DNA from: Raja brachyura
Lineage: Eukaryota
Length of the DNA: 64,000 bases
Assembly (NCBI GenBank): GCA_963514005.1
Contig: OY740781.1
Span: 177,878,001-177,942,000, forward strand
Direction: 5' to 3'
Shown: positions 1 through 12,203 of the stretch, piece by piece
Numbering within the stretch: position 1 is the first letter of the stretch
Layout: each line of letters begins with the position of its first letter
Position numbers and translations under genes: made by a program
Notes under the pieces: model-generated
Seen by the model: only the letters and a program-made list of their open reading frames with translations
The model's database searches: none
What the model was told of the DNA's origin: nothing

Positions 1-137
1 TATGTCGTGCACGCGTGCTGGCGGGGTCTTCACGTAGTCACTCACGTGACTCCGAAGTAAAATTATATAAGTAGCATGTGAAATTATGAGCGGCACAGAT
101 ATGGTTGACTGTCAGAACCTTTTTCCCAGGATGCCCA

Positions 138-1433
138 GTATGTCTCTACCAGCTTTGCACATCTAGAGACTGAAATGTTTGCCCATTCTTCTTTGCAAAA
201 TAGCTCACTCAGTCAGATTGGATGGAGAGCGTTTGTGAACAGCAATTTTCAAGTCTTGCCAGAGATTCTCAATTGGATTTAGGTCTAGACTTTGACTGGG
301 CCATTCTAACACATGAATATGCTTTGATCTAAATCATTCCATTGTAGCTCTGGCTGTATGTTTAGGGTCGTTGTCCTGCTGGAAGGTGAACCTCCGCCCC
401 AGTCCCAATCCTTTGCAGACTCTAACAGGTTTTCTCCCAAGATTGCCCTGTATTTGGCTCCACCCATCTTCCCATCAACTCTGGCCAGCTTCCCTGTCCC
501 TGCAGAAGAAAAGCATCCCCACAGCATGATGCTGCCACCACCATGTTTCACAGTGGGGATGGTGTGTTCAGGGTGATGTGCAGTGTTAGTTTTCCGCCAC
601 ACATAGCGTTTTGCATTTAGGCCAAAAACTTCAACTTTGGTCTCATCAGACCAGAGCACCTTCCTCCACATGTGTGCTGTGTCCCCCACATGGCTTGTGG
701 CAAACTGCAAACGGGACTTCTTATGGCTTTGTTTCAACAATGGCTTTCTTCTTGCCACTCTTCCATAAAGGCACAATTTGTGGAGTGCACGACTAATAGT
801 TGTCCTGTGGACAGATTCTCCCACCTGAGGTGTTAATCTCTGCAGCTCCTCCAGAGTTACCATGGGCCTCTTGGCTGCTTCTCCAATCAATGCTCTCCTT
901 GCCCGGCCTGCCAGTTTAGGTGGACGGCCATGTCTTGGTAGGTTTGCAGTTGTGCCATACTCTTTCTATTTTCGGATGATGGATTGAACAGTGCTCCGTG
1001 AGATGTTCAAAGGTTGGGATATTTTTTTATAACCTAACCCTGCTTTAAACTTCTCCACAACTTTATCCCTGACCTGTCTGGTGTGTTCCTTGGGCTTCAT
1101 GATGCTGCTTGTTTACTTATGTTATCTAAGAAACCTCTGAGGCCTTCACAGAACAGCTGTATTCATACTGAGATTAGATTACACACAAGTGGACTCTATT
1201 TACTAATCAGGTGGCTTCTGAAGGCAATTGGTTGCACTGGATTTTATTTAGGGGTCTCAGAGTAAAGGGGGCTGAAAACTTCTGGACACCAGACTTTTTA
1301 GTTTTTCATGTGTGAAGAAAAATTTGAAAAGCATGTATCATTTTCCTTCCACTTCACAATGATGCGCCACGTTGTCTTGGTCTATCACATAACAACCCTA
1401 TAAAAAGCATAAACGTTTGTGCTTGTAAGGTCA
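138..1433 (-). mobile_element. Truncated Tc1/mariner (Passport-like) transposon copy with decayed transposase
   Basis: ORF 306..890 has the Tc1 motifs [16 protein letters not shown] and [15 protein letters not shown]. It is collinear and highly similar to the copy at 48400-49995. The left end is lost and the right TIR runs into an A/(GA)n tract. Confidence 0.95.
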
Positions 1434-1436
1434 CAG

Positions 1437-1443
<7 letters not shown>

Positions 1444-1480
<37 letters not shown>
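1444..1480. repeat. (GA)n microsatellite
   Basis: Perfect GA dinucleotide run. Confidence 0.95.
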
Positions 1481-1482
<2 letters not shown>

Positions 1483-1489
1483 CCGCACA

Positions 1490-2290
1490 CCAATGGCGTT
1501 GGCCGAATCACAGGTGACGATGTCAACATTGAGGAGAGAGATGGAACACTACCTTTCACTTAATGTCAACAAAACCAAGGAACCTATCATTGACTTCAGA
1601 AAGAAGAAATTATAGAACCCTGTGCCAATTTTCATTGGTGAGCCACCCAGTGGCGAGAGTGAACAGCTTCAAATTCCTGTGTATTAACATTTCAGATGAC
1701 TTGGACCCAGCATATAGTAGAAGTGCCAGCGCCTCTACTTTCTTTGAAGTTGAAATAACATTCATCATCAAATACTCTACAAACTTCTACAGAGGTATCA
1801 TACCTCTGGTTACATTATGGCCTGGTATGGCAATTCCAATGGACTCTGTCCGATTCATCATATGCACTGCCCTCCCCATTATCGAAAGCATTTAGATCAA
1901 GCGCTGCCTAAGAAAGCAGCATTTAATGTCAAGGATCCCCATCATCCAGGCCATGCCTTCTTAGCAGCAAGAACTGCAATGGGCGAGAGGTACAGAAACC
2001 TGGAGTCCTACACCACTTGGTTCAGTAACAGCTACTTTCCCCATAACCATCAGCTTCTTGAACCAACCAGCACAATCATGATCCTAATTCGGCCATTATA
2101 CAATGATACATCCTTCTTGTACTATTATGGAAAATGTGTTTTCACTCGTCTTGTTTTTGCAGTATTTCTCTTCTCTCCTTCTTAGATAATTTAATCTTAA
2201 TTTATGTTTTTGTGTTTTGTCCGTGTCTATGAGGCTGCAATGCTGCTGAAGGATTTTCATTGTACCTGTATCTCACCATGCTTGTGCACA
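1490..2290 (+). mobile_element. Degenerate Rex1/Babar-type LINE 3' fragment
   Basis: Translated remnants (VNSFKFL.I.ISDDL, TNFYRG, KDPHHPGH, FSNSYFP) match the Rex1/Babar RT C-terminus. The typical tail 'ttcattgtacct...' follows. Confidence 0.75.
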
Positions 2291-2299
2291 TACTTATAA

Positions 2300-3146
2300 G
2301 AATCAGAGCTATAAAGCATGGAAACTAGCCCTTCAGCTCACCTTGTCCATGCCGACCACATTGGCATGCTGAACTAATCCCATTGGCCTGCATTTGGCTC
2401 ATAACCGTCTAAACCCTTCTCACCCATAAAACCATCCATATTTCTGTCAAAATGTCTTTTACATATCTAAATTTTATACAGCTTCCTCTGGCAGCGATTT
2501 CCAGTTATGGACTACCATCTGAGCGAGGTCCCTCTTAAAACTCACCCCTCTCACCTTATGGCTATGTCCTCTAGTTTTAGAATCCTCTATCCTGGAAAAA
2601 AGACGAGTGTTCACTTTATCTATACCCCTTACAATCTTGTGCACCTCAATCAAGTCACCCCTCAGCCTCTCACGTACAATTAAAAAAAAAATCCCAGCCT
2701 TTCCAATCTCTCCTTATAATTCAAGCCGGCACACCCAGGTAACATTCTGGTGAATCCCTTCTGCATCCTTTCCAACTTAATGATATTTTTCCTATAGTTG
2801 GGCAATAAAAAACATACAGTACCCCAAGTGTGGCCTCACCAACACCTTGTACAGCTAAATAAATGAATACTTTCACATAATAAGTCACATTGACATTTTT
2901 TGCTTGCACACCCAAAGTATCCCAACACAGTATCCTGCCACAGAAGGTAGTTGAGGCCAGTTCATTGGCTATATTTAAGAGGGAGTTAGATGTGGCCCTT
3001 GTGGCTAAAGGGATCAGGGGGTATGGAGAGAAGGCAGGTACAGGATACTGAGTTGATTGATCAGCCATGATCATATTGAATGGTGGTGCAGGCTCGAAGG
3101 GTCGAATGGCCTACTCCTGCACCTATTTTCTCTGTTTCTATGTATG
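2300..3146. mobile_element. CR1 LINE 3' fragments (minus-strand piece, then plus-strand 3' end)
   Basis: CR1 3' terminal sequence 'ggatcagggggtatggagagaaggcagg...gaatggcctactcctgcacctattttc' also seen at 22845-22990 and 32118-32259. Confidence 0.75.
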
Positions 3147-3906
3147 CAAATGGTCACCACATAAGGGCGCTAACAAAGTTACAAAGTATACACAGTATCC
3201 GCGACAGGTCACCCTTTGTTCTCGCCCTCCCCTCCTTCATGGCTGCCCCCCACGCTGGGTCCTCCTTTGTTCTTTCCCTCGGCAGCGGTGTCCTCACTCC
3301 CACGTGGTCTGTCCTCGTTCGATGGTCGACGGCATCATCGACCTCTTCACTATCGCCGTTGGGTCTTCTCTGGACACCTCCATGGAGCAGACCCTGGTTG
3401 CAGCCGCGGGCTCCGTCGACTCCGACCTGTGGGGGCTCCGGCCTCAGCTACTCTGCAGCTCGCCAGGAGGCGCCCGTTGTAGCGGCCCACCGGGAGACGT
3501 CTGCCACAGAGGCTCGCCGGACGTTGCGGCATGTTCCAACTTTTGTACTCAATAGCTTCTCAATGAAGTCAATTATGGTAATAGAGCTTTGATACTAACT
3601 GAAGCTTCTCTCCTATATTTACATTTAAATTGTTCTTCCAAACCTTGTTTTTGTGCACAAATGACAACATTAATTCCAAAGCAATCTACTTTGTTCTGCC
3701 CCCTCAGTTAACAGCTTAATTCTCCATTTCCATCCGAATATAAATCTTTTCTCACCAAGTATCTTCACTCTTTTAGCTGCAAGTAACTTTTCATCTTTGT
3801 CAACATTACCAACATCTTTATCCCCTTGCTTTATCTCAAGATCATAGTCCTTCAAACCTGTATTCTCAGTCTTCCCTTGGCATTCCTATCAAGCTATCAT
3901 CTAAGA

Positions 3907-4446
3907 CAGGGGTTGACAACCTACAGCCCCCGGGCCGAATACGGACCGTAACCCGAAATCATCTGACCCGCAGGCGTTTTTCTTTTCCGTAATCGTCCGG
4001 CCCGTAGATTTCCTTCATCTCCGGTACATCCCAGGACGGAGGCTGCGGCGACGAAAGGAGGCCTGCGCTGGCGGAGCCGCCAAGCACCGCCGAACTCTGG
4101 CTGTACTGCATCCTGCGGAAAGCCGCCAGCACCTTCTGTGTCTGGGCCTCACTGTCGGGAACGGGGTTGTCAATAGGCCGGGGACGAGGGAGTATGAATA
4201 TTTGAGCCACCGCCTTCAGGACAGAGTCAAGGCAATGGTCCGCAAATACGCCGTGTTTGTGAGCGCCCGTAACTAGGGGCCAGTGCGTCCTCAAAGGGGC
4301 AGGATCTATGTGAAAATGTGATTTGATGCCTGCCATCCGCAGCGGTTTGGGGGCGGGATCCACATGTACACGTGATAGATGTGGTCCGCCATCCGCTTAC
4401 ATACATGTGTCCTGGCCCCTATGCAGAACAAGGTTGCCGACCCTTG
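3907..4446. mobile_element. Non-autonomous hAT (Charlie-like) MITE
   Basis: Imperfect TIRs CAGGGGTTGACAACCT / AGGTTGCCGACCCTTG, flanked by the 8-bp TSD ATCTAAGA / ATCTACGA (one mismatch). No ORF. Confidence 0.85.
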
Positions 4447-4699
4447 ATCTACGATGTTGCTATCATCTTAATCACCATGGGCATTTCTGATTGCTTCTTT
4501 GTATCACTAGCCAGTTACAACCCCTTCCAATTCTATTCCTACCCTTAGAAAAAACATTCCTATATTCTTACACCTATGGTTTCAAAATCTCAACTCAAAT
4601 CTATTCAATCTGACCCTCACCACAAGGAACACACTGTTTTCCTGTACAATCATTGAACTCTCACCCTTGCTGCTACCAATTCAGACCTGAATCTAATTA

Positions 4700-5280
4700 C
4701 AGATCCATAGTAAGGAAGGCAAACACAGTAATTGTGCGTTAGCATTTATTTCACGTGGACTAGAATATAAAAGCAGGATGTCATGCTGAGACTTTATAAG
4801 GCACTGGTCAGACTGCATTTAGAGTATTGTGAGCTGTTTTGAGCCCCTTATCTGAGGAGGGATGTACCTCAGGAAGCATTGGCATGGTTCAGAGGTGATT
4901 TCAGAGAATGATCCCTGGAATGATTGAGCGTGGGACGGCTCTGGGCCTGCACTTGCTGGAGTTTAGAATTAGTGATTCACATCTCGTGAATTTGTGGAAT
5001 CTTTACATAGCAATTTTAAGGCCACTATTGGACAATACAAAGGTCACAGCACAGGTGCAGAGATTATTAATAGTACGAGTCATTGACTGAGGCATTTCAG
5101 TTCCAAAGTTATACTGGAGAAGTTGGGATGGTTTACCTGGAAGAGAAGATGATTCAAAGAAAATTGGATAGACCAGTGCAAAACCATAATCGTTTTAGGA
5201 AAAATAAATGGGGAAAAACTGGAATACAGATTTTAAGTAATGGGCAAAAGATCTGGGGTAGATCTAAGGCACAGTAGAAA
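4700..5280 (+). mobile_element. Degenerate CR1 LINE RT fragments
   Basis: Typical CR1 region 'ctttataaggcactggtcagactgcatttagagtattgtg' (LY.ALVR.HLEYC-like). Confidence 0.7.
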
Positions 5281-5647
5281 TTTGTTGAACAACAGGAGAT
5301 GAGCGGAGGAATGTAACTGAGTAAAAAGCAAACAGCTGGTATTGAGTTAAAAAGCTAAACAGCTTCCTTTCTAAACTGTAATCATTCTACAATACTTTTT
5401 CCTTACAGGCCAAACTTCCTGTCCATGTTGGGACAAAGGTCACATTGAGATCTGCATCCGAATGGCCATGGCAACCTTCAAGTAAGCATTGTGCTCCTAT
5501 TCATAGACTACAACTCTGCTATCAATACCTATATCCCAACCAAGTTCATCACCAAACTCATGGAACTTGGAGTCAGCACTCCCCTGTGCAAATAGATCTT
5601 CAACTTCCTCACCAATAGGCACACTTAGTGAGGATAGGTGACAACAT

Positions 5648-5930
5648 GCTGGAGAAACTCAGCGGCTGAGGAAGCATCTATGGAGAGAAGGAATTGGCTA
5701 CATTTTGGGTCGAGACCCTTCTTCAGTCTGAAGAAGGGTCTCGACCCGAAACGTTGCCAATTCTGAAGAATCACCCGACAGTGGGGAGGCCCAGGACAGA
5801 AAGGTCAGTATGGAAATGGGAGGGACAGTTAAAATGTTTAGCAACCGGGAGATCATGTATGCCTAGGCGGATTGAGCGGAGGTGTTCAGCGAAACGATCG
5901 ATGCGCTTGCGCTTAGTATCGCCGATATAA
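5648..5930 (-). mobile_element. Penelope-like element terminal fragment with palindromic hammerhead-like unit
   Basis: Inverted repeat 5691-5764 centred on ttcag-t-ctgaa, followed by minus-strand GIY-YIG remnant (YIGDTKRK). Confidence 0.8.
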
Positions 5931-6319
5931 TTTCTCTGCCTTATATATTACCTTTGATGAAGTGTTCTGCTTCCCTTTGCCACTTTTAAGCACTACCTAG
6001 TTGACTTGCAAGACACTCGGTAGATTACGCTCCCCTCTGCAATCTCTGGGTCCTGACCCTAACCCCACTATCTTTCTCCCAATTACACCATGTGTCTTTA
6101 GGACAAATTCCATGAGAATTTTAACAGATAAAACTTTCATCAAACATAAACCATGATATATTGTTATAGCTACAACCATTAAACGGATCATTATTTCTTA
6201 CATTTGTTTGATTGCAGTTTACTTATGGTCTCCAGTTACTGGCTAATGATAAATTCTGATATAGGTCTAAAATCTGTAAATGTTTTGGCACTGTACCAAA
6301 ACTTACAATAATGTAGTCA

Positions 6320-7150
6320 GAGTCACACGGTGTTGAAGCAGGCCCTTTGGCTCAACTTGCACATGCTTCCTTCCATAAAGCCCATTTTCTATCCAGTCGG
6401 CTATTTCTCCTTGGATCCCATACAAGCTAACCTTTCAGAGTAGCCCACCATGTGCCATTTTGCAAATGCCTTGGTGAAATCCATATATACATCCCTCAGA
6501 ATACTCTCTAGTAACTTTCCAACCACAAATGTTAGAATCAGTGGCCTGTAGTTCTCAGGTTTTTCCCTGCAGCCCTTCTTAAATTGAGGCACAACATTTG
6601 CTGTTGTCCAGCACTTCAGCAACCAGTTGTCCAGCACTTCACATATATTTAGTGATGTCTCATAAATCTCAGCCAGGGCACCAGCAATTTCCTCTCTAGC
6701 TTCCCACATTGTCTTTCAATATATCTGATCAGGCCCGGGAGATTTGTCTACTTCATAGGCGTAAAGACCTCCAGCACCTCCTCCACTGTAATACTGACTA
6801 CCGTCAAGACACTTCCATTGACTACCCCAAGTTCCACAGTCCTCATGTCTTCCTCCACGGAAAAAAGAGGAAAAATACTCATTGAGGACCTTGCCCATCT
6901 CCTGTGGCTTGACAGAGATGACCGCTTTGACTCCTGAGGGGCCCCATTCTCTCTCTGCTTGCCCTTTTCCCATTAATGAACATATAAAATCTTGTGATTA
7001 TCCTTAATATTATCTTGCAGAGCTATCTCCAGTCCCCTTTTTGCCCTCCCGATTTCCTTCTTTATCATGCTCCTTAATTACCGAAACTCCTTCAGGGATA
7101 GACTTGATCCCAGCTGCCTATAACTGCCATGTGCCACCTTCTTATTCTTG
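6320..7150 (-). mobile_element. CR1 LINE ORF2 fragment
   Basis: ORFs 6401..6709 and 6716..6973 read KSPGPDQIY, ANVVP.FKKG.REKPENYRP and DVYMDFTKAF, which are CR1 RT motifs. Confidence 0.9.
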
Positions 7151-7754
7151 ACCACTCAATTTCTCAATGCAATTCAATGTAAACGCATATTCAAACTGGA
7201 ATGAAACATGACTAGAAAGACAAAAGTATGTTTTGCTTATTGAAAAGGCCTTGAACACCATTGACACCCACAAGCTTGGTGCCAGTAAAGAAAAAATAAA
7301 TGTGTAACATTGTCAAATGATTATGTGGATGTAGCAGAAGAAAATTATCTTCACAGATCACAAAAAACATAACAGTCATCACTATCCCTTCTTGTTGAAC
7401 AAAAATAAATTACTATCCACAGTACATATCCATTTATAGAACTTTTGTGCATCAGAGCTAATGAGAGCTGCACCAAAATTACACAATGTCATTCATCAAA
7501 ATGTTTGCATTTCCTTTGTCCACAAGAACATATAATACTGAATGTGTGTAATATTGGAGTATGTGCACCAAGGTGTAAAAACATTTTTTTTCAAATTGTT
7601 GACTTAAAACGACTTCTAAATTAATGCATAAAAATTAATTACATTGAAGAGCTGATGAATTAAAAACTTTAGTGGTTTCCTCATCTGCACATTCATCCAA
7701 TATAAATCTAATAAACTTATTGCTTAAAAAAGTGGAAAAAAAACAAACGCATAC

Positions 7755-9110
7755 ATCAGGCTGCTGTTCATCGACTGCAGCTCAGCTTTCAACACTATCG
7801 TCCTCACCAAACTCATCACCAAGCTCCAGGACTTGGGCCTTTATACCTGCCTTTGCAACTAGATCCTTGACTTCCTCATCAGCAGATGTCAATCAATATG
7901 AATTGGTAAACAACAACTTCTCCTCAATGATGATCAACACAGGTGCACGTCAAGTCTGCCTGTTTAACCTCCGACTCAATTCTCTTTACACCCATGACTG
8001 TGTGGTTAAATGCAGTTCTAAGCAATCTGCATTTATTGTTGTTGGCCAAATCACCGGTGGTAATGAGAGATAGAACACCTGGTTGAGTGGTGTCATAATA
8101 ACGGCCTCTTGCTCAATGTCAACAAAACCAAGGGAAAAAAAGTTGACTTCAGAAAGAGGAAGCCAGGACTATAAGTTAATTTTCATTGGTGGATTGGAGG
8201 TGGAGAAAATAGGCACCTTCAAGTCCCACGGCATTAACATGTCAGATGATCTGTCCTAGCACATAGAGTGTACTGTGTGTTAGTGCCTCTATTTTCTTAG
8301 CAGATTAAAGACATTTGGCATGACACCAAATACTCTAACAAACTTCTAGAGGTGCACTGTAGAGGGTATCTTGACTTTTATATCATGGCTCTATACGGCA
8401 TTTCTAGTACATAGGAACAAGCTGCAAAGAAAGATGGATTCAGCCCGGTCCACCACTGGCACAGCCATCTCCACTATCGAAACCATCCACACAAAGCGCT
8501 GTCTCAAGAATCAAAAGGGGCAGCATCTATCTAAAAGATCCACAGCATCTGGGTAAAGCCCGCTTCTCGCTGCTACCATCAGGCAAAAGGTACAAGAGCT
8601 CAAAGTCCCACACCTCCAGGTTCAGGAGCAGTTGCTTACCTACAACCACCAGATTCTTGAACTAACATGTACACCCAAAATCCTAATCTCATCTTGCCAA
8701 CGGAACACTAAAGAACAACTCTTACACTACTTAGACTGGTGCTGTCTGTACAGAGTTTGTACATTCTCCCAGTGACCATGTGGGTTTTCTCCGAGAACTT
8801 TGGTTTCCTCCCACACTCCAAAGACGTCCAGGTTTGTAGGTTTATTGGTTTTCTATAAATGCAAGTTGTCCCTAGTGTGTGTAGGATAGTGTTAAAATGT
8901 GGGGATTACTGATTGGCATGGACTGGGTGGGCTGAAGGGCCTGTTACCGCGCTGTGTCTCTAAACTAAATAAACTAAACTAAAATTTGTTTAATTTATGT
9001 TTTGTGTGTTGTCCGAATCTATGTGCCATTGATACTGCTGCAAATAAGGTTTTCATTGTACCTGTACTTCACCATACTTGTGCACGTGACAACAAACTTG
9101 ACTTGAACTG
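7755..9110 (+). mobile_element. Degenerate Rex1/Babar LINE with a nested V-SINE (8735-8985)
   Basis: RT remnants (SAFNT, SLYTHDC, NFYRC-like). The SINE body and (taaac)n tail interrupt the 3' UTR. Confidence 0.75.
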
Positions 9111-9631
9111 TGCGTAAAGATCTGTTGAAACAATATACAATAGGAAACAAAATTCTTACTGCCTGTAAGGGAGCCCTGAACAGCTTTTTCCATCTCAATT
9201 TTCATAATTATACTCTTAAGTTACAACAAATCTTTATGACTGCCTGCAACACACAGTCAAGAATGTAACCATGCCTGAATGGAAAACAACCCAACACAAA
9301 GTTCAACATCACCCCATTCAAAACCAGAGCTACTGATGAAGCAGACATACTGCACCTTAAAAATAGACTCCTAATATCAATACATCATTACAATAACTGG
9401 AACAGCTTCTTGACTAATTCTCCCAAGCACACCTCGTCCATCCAAAAATGACAAGGAAGCATGGAATCATTACCCCTCTCAGGTTCCTCTCAACCTTGCA
9501 CATCATCCTGATTGGAACATGTAATTGCTGTTCCTTTATTATTACTGTGCAAAAGTTCAAGATAAGCTGACACTACCTTCATAGCAACTGTTGGCAGTGC
9601 CAGCAAACCCACTTCCTGGACCACGCATATT

Positions 9632-10242
9632 TACCAAGAAAGCACACCAAAAACCTCTACTTCATTAGAAGGCTTAGGAAGTTTGGCATGGCCCCTACAT
9701 CTTTCATGAACTTCGACAGATGTATCAAAGAAAGCATTTTATCAGGATCTATCACAGCTTGGTTTGGGAACAGCTCCATCCAAGACCACAAGAAATTGTG
9801 GACGCAGCCCAAACTATCATAAACCAATTTCCCTTCTTTTGACTCCATTTATACCTCACACTGCCTCGGCAAGGCTCGCAGCATAATCAAGGACTAGTTG
9901 CACCCTGGCCACGCCCTCTCCCATCAGGCAAAAGGTATAGCAGTGTGAAAACTCACACCTCCAGATTCAGGGACTGCTTCTTCCCAGCTGTTATCAGGCA
10001 ACTGAATCATCCTGCCACAACAGAGTAAGCAGTGCTGAACTACTATCTACCTCATTGGTGAACCTTGGACTGTTTGATCAAACTTTGCTGGCTTTACCTT
10101 GCACTAAACATTATTCGCTTATCATGTATCCATGCACAGTAAATGGCTCGATTGTAATCATGATTTGTCTTTCTGCTGACTGCTTAGCATGCAACAAAAG
10201 CTTTTCACTGTACCTCAGTACACATGACAATAAACTAAACAG
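9632..10242 (+). mobile_element. Rex1/Babar LINE 3' fragment
   Basis: LYFIRRLRKFGM...ITAWFGNSS..., ending 'catgacaataaactaaac'. Confidence 0.8.
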
Positions 10243-12203
10243 TGTGGTTTACTAACATCTAGTTAATTTTTTTCTGGAGGGGGTGGGTGTGAGTGGGGCA
10301 GCACAGCAATAGGCATTTAAAATGTAATGTGCTAATTTCATATGTGAATTAATAATACAATATCCATTATAAATCATTTCTACAAAAACATTATCCTGAT
10401 TTTTTTTTTAAATAAAGGGACCTAGTTGGAGACAAGAGAAAATTGTCAAGGATTAACTTAATTAATTTAACATTGTCAAGAAAATGGTATGGTAGTTATC
10501 TTGCATCCTATGAATGCACTGATTTTTGCTGTATTTGGATCTTACATGGTTCAGACAAAGATTAACATGAAGCAACTGTTTCTTGAAAGCTGCATTTCAT
10601 GACATATTCCAAGACCAGAGCGAATGTGACTCGGTAACTCCATATTGTCAACTGTGACTGTTGACATCTATTCCATGAAAGTGCTTTACAGCCCTACATT
10701 TTTTTTATTTCAGCAGATGATTATATAATTCATAAGATCTCAAAAACAAGTTATATTGTGTGACACTGTCAAATGCCATTACAGTGAAATTCTTTGCTTG
10801 CATATCTTGCCACGGTATGCAAATAGTCACCCATAAAGGACGCTTACAAAGTTACAAATCCCCCCCTCGTGCCAGTTCCCCCTTTATTCATCAATACAAG
10901 GAAGGTTTTGGCACAGGAGGACTATGTGCAATTGCTATGGGCAACAATAACCAGCCAGTGGGATCTGGCCCACTGATCATTTCTCAAGATAAATGAAATT
11001 GCTGAATATCAAGTCAGTCATCAACAACATCGCCAGGCCAGGCCGACCCCTGCTACTCCAGCCCAGTGCTGCCATCAGTACAACTGCCTTTAAAAACTTT
11101 CAAACCTGAACGATGCAAGATGGTGTTGGAACACTGGCGGCTCATTTGTACCACCTCAGTGTAAGCTAATATTCTTACACAATTAGATATGATTAGGCTT
11201 ATGTATGGTAAAGATTTACTGAATGGTAAGCAAAAGATAATTTTGCTGTACCTAGGTAAATATGACAATAAAGTACCGAAGAACCAATGAATTGATCTTC
11301 TCAAGGTGGTGAAAAGATTTATTAAAGTTTTGCAAATATATTGGAAGTACAACAGGAATCGAATGCTAATATTTTTCTTGATCCCCAGCAGTTTTTTTCC
11401 TCTTTATATTTTAATTGATAGTCAATTTTAATTAGCTAATAATTGTCACTCCCCAAAATGAGGATGAAGAGTTACGATCCACCTCCTATTTATTTATTGT
11501 AACATTTCAAATAATTTACAACTTTAATGCTCAAGATAAAGTACACAATTCATTCAAATTACCAATTAATTATTTACCAAAAAACACCCAAGCCTTCACT
11601 TGGAGTGCAGCTTTAAAGTTGTTGCAAATTGGAATTGTTTTGGATACAAACAACAGCGTGGTCTCCTGAACCTTGCATAGAATCATAGAACTATACTGCA
11701 TGGAAACTGGAACTTCACCTGCGGCCAATAATTATGTAAGTGTCCCCGCAATTTCTTCCTCATCTTCCCACAAGGTCTGAGAATGCACTTGGTCAGGCTC
11801 TGGGAATTTATATACCTCACTGCACAACAAAACTAGATTAACTCCTCGTTGGCAATTCGTATACGATCTAAAACCTTAATTCCTTGGCATCCATGAACTT
11901 GTATTCAGTGAAAATGGATGAGAAATGTTTAGCATTTCACCCCCCCCCCCCCCACTCATCTCTCGTGGCTGATCTTTCAGGGGATCTGTTCACCCCCTGC
12001 CCATCATTTATAATCTTAATTTGAAGATAATTTTATAGTTCCATCTATTTCCTTTGCATTTCACATTATTGCTTTATGGACAGTTTGAGAATATTTAACT
12101 GTACTCAATTAGGACATTAAAATTTCCAAAATACATCCAAAACTATTATTTCAATATAATGTAAATGAGTACTAAGCAAACTGACATAACATAATATTAA
12201 CTA

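Noticed and set aside
3067-3592. 160-170 aa ORFs
   Set aside because: They run across a CR1 tail and a GC-rich repeat; no recognisable protein
10546-10738. Possible minus-strand exon (donor-like CAT|GTAAG at 10546)
   Set aside because: Weak acceptor, and the ATG-led frame stops before the donor; cannot be supported without RNA data
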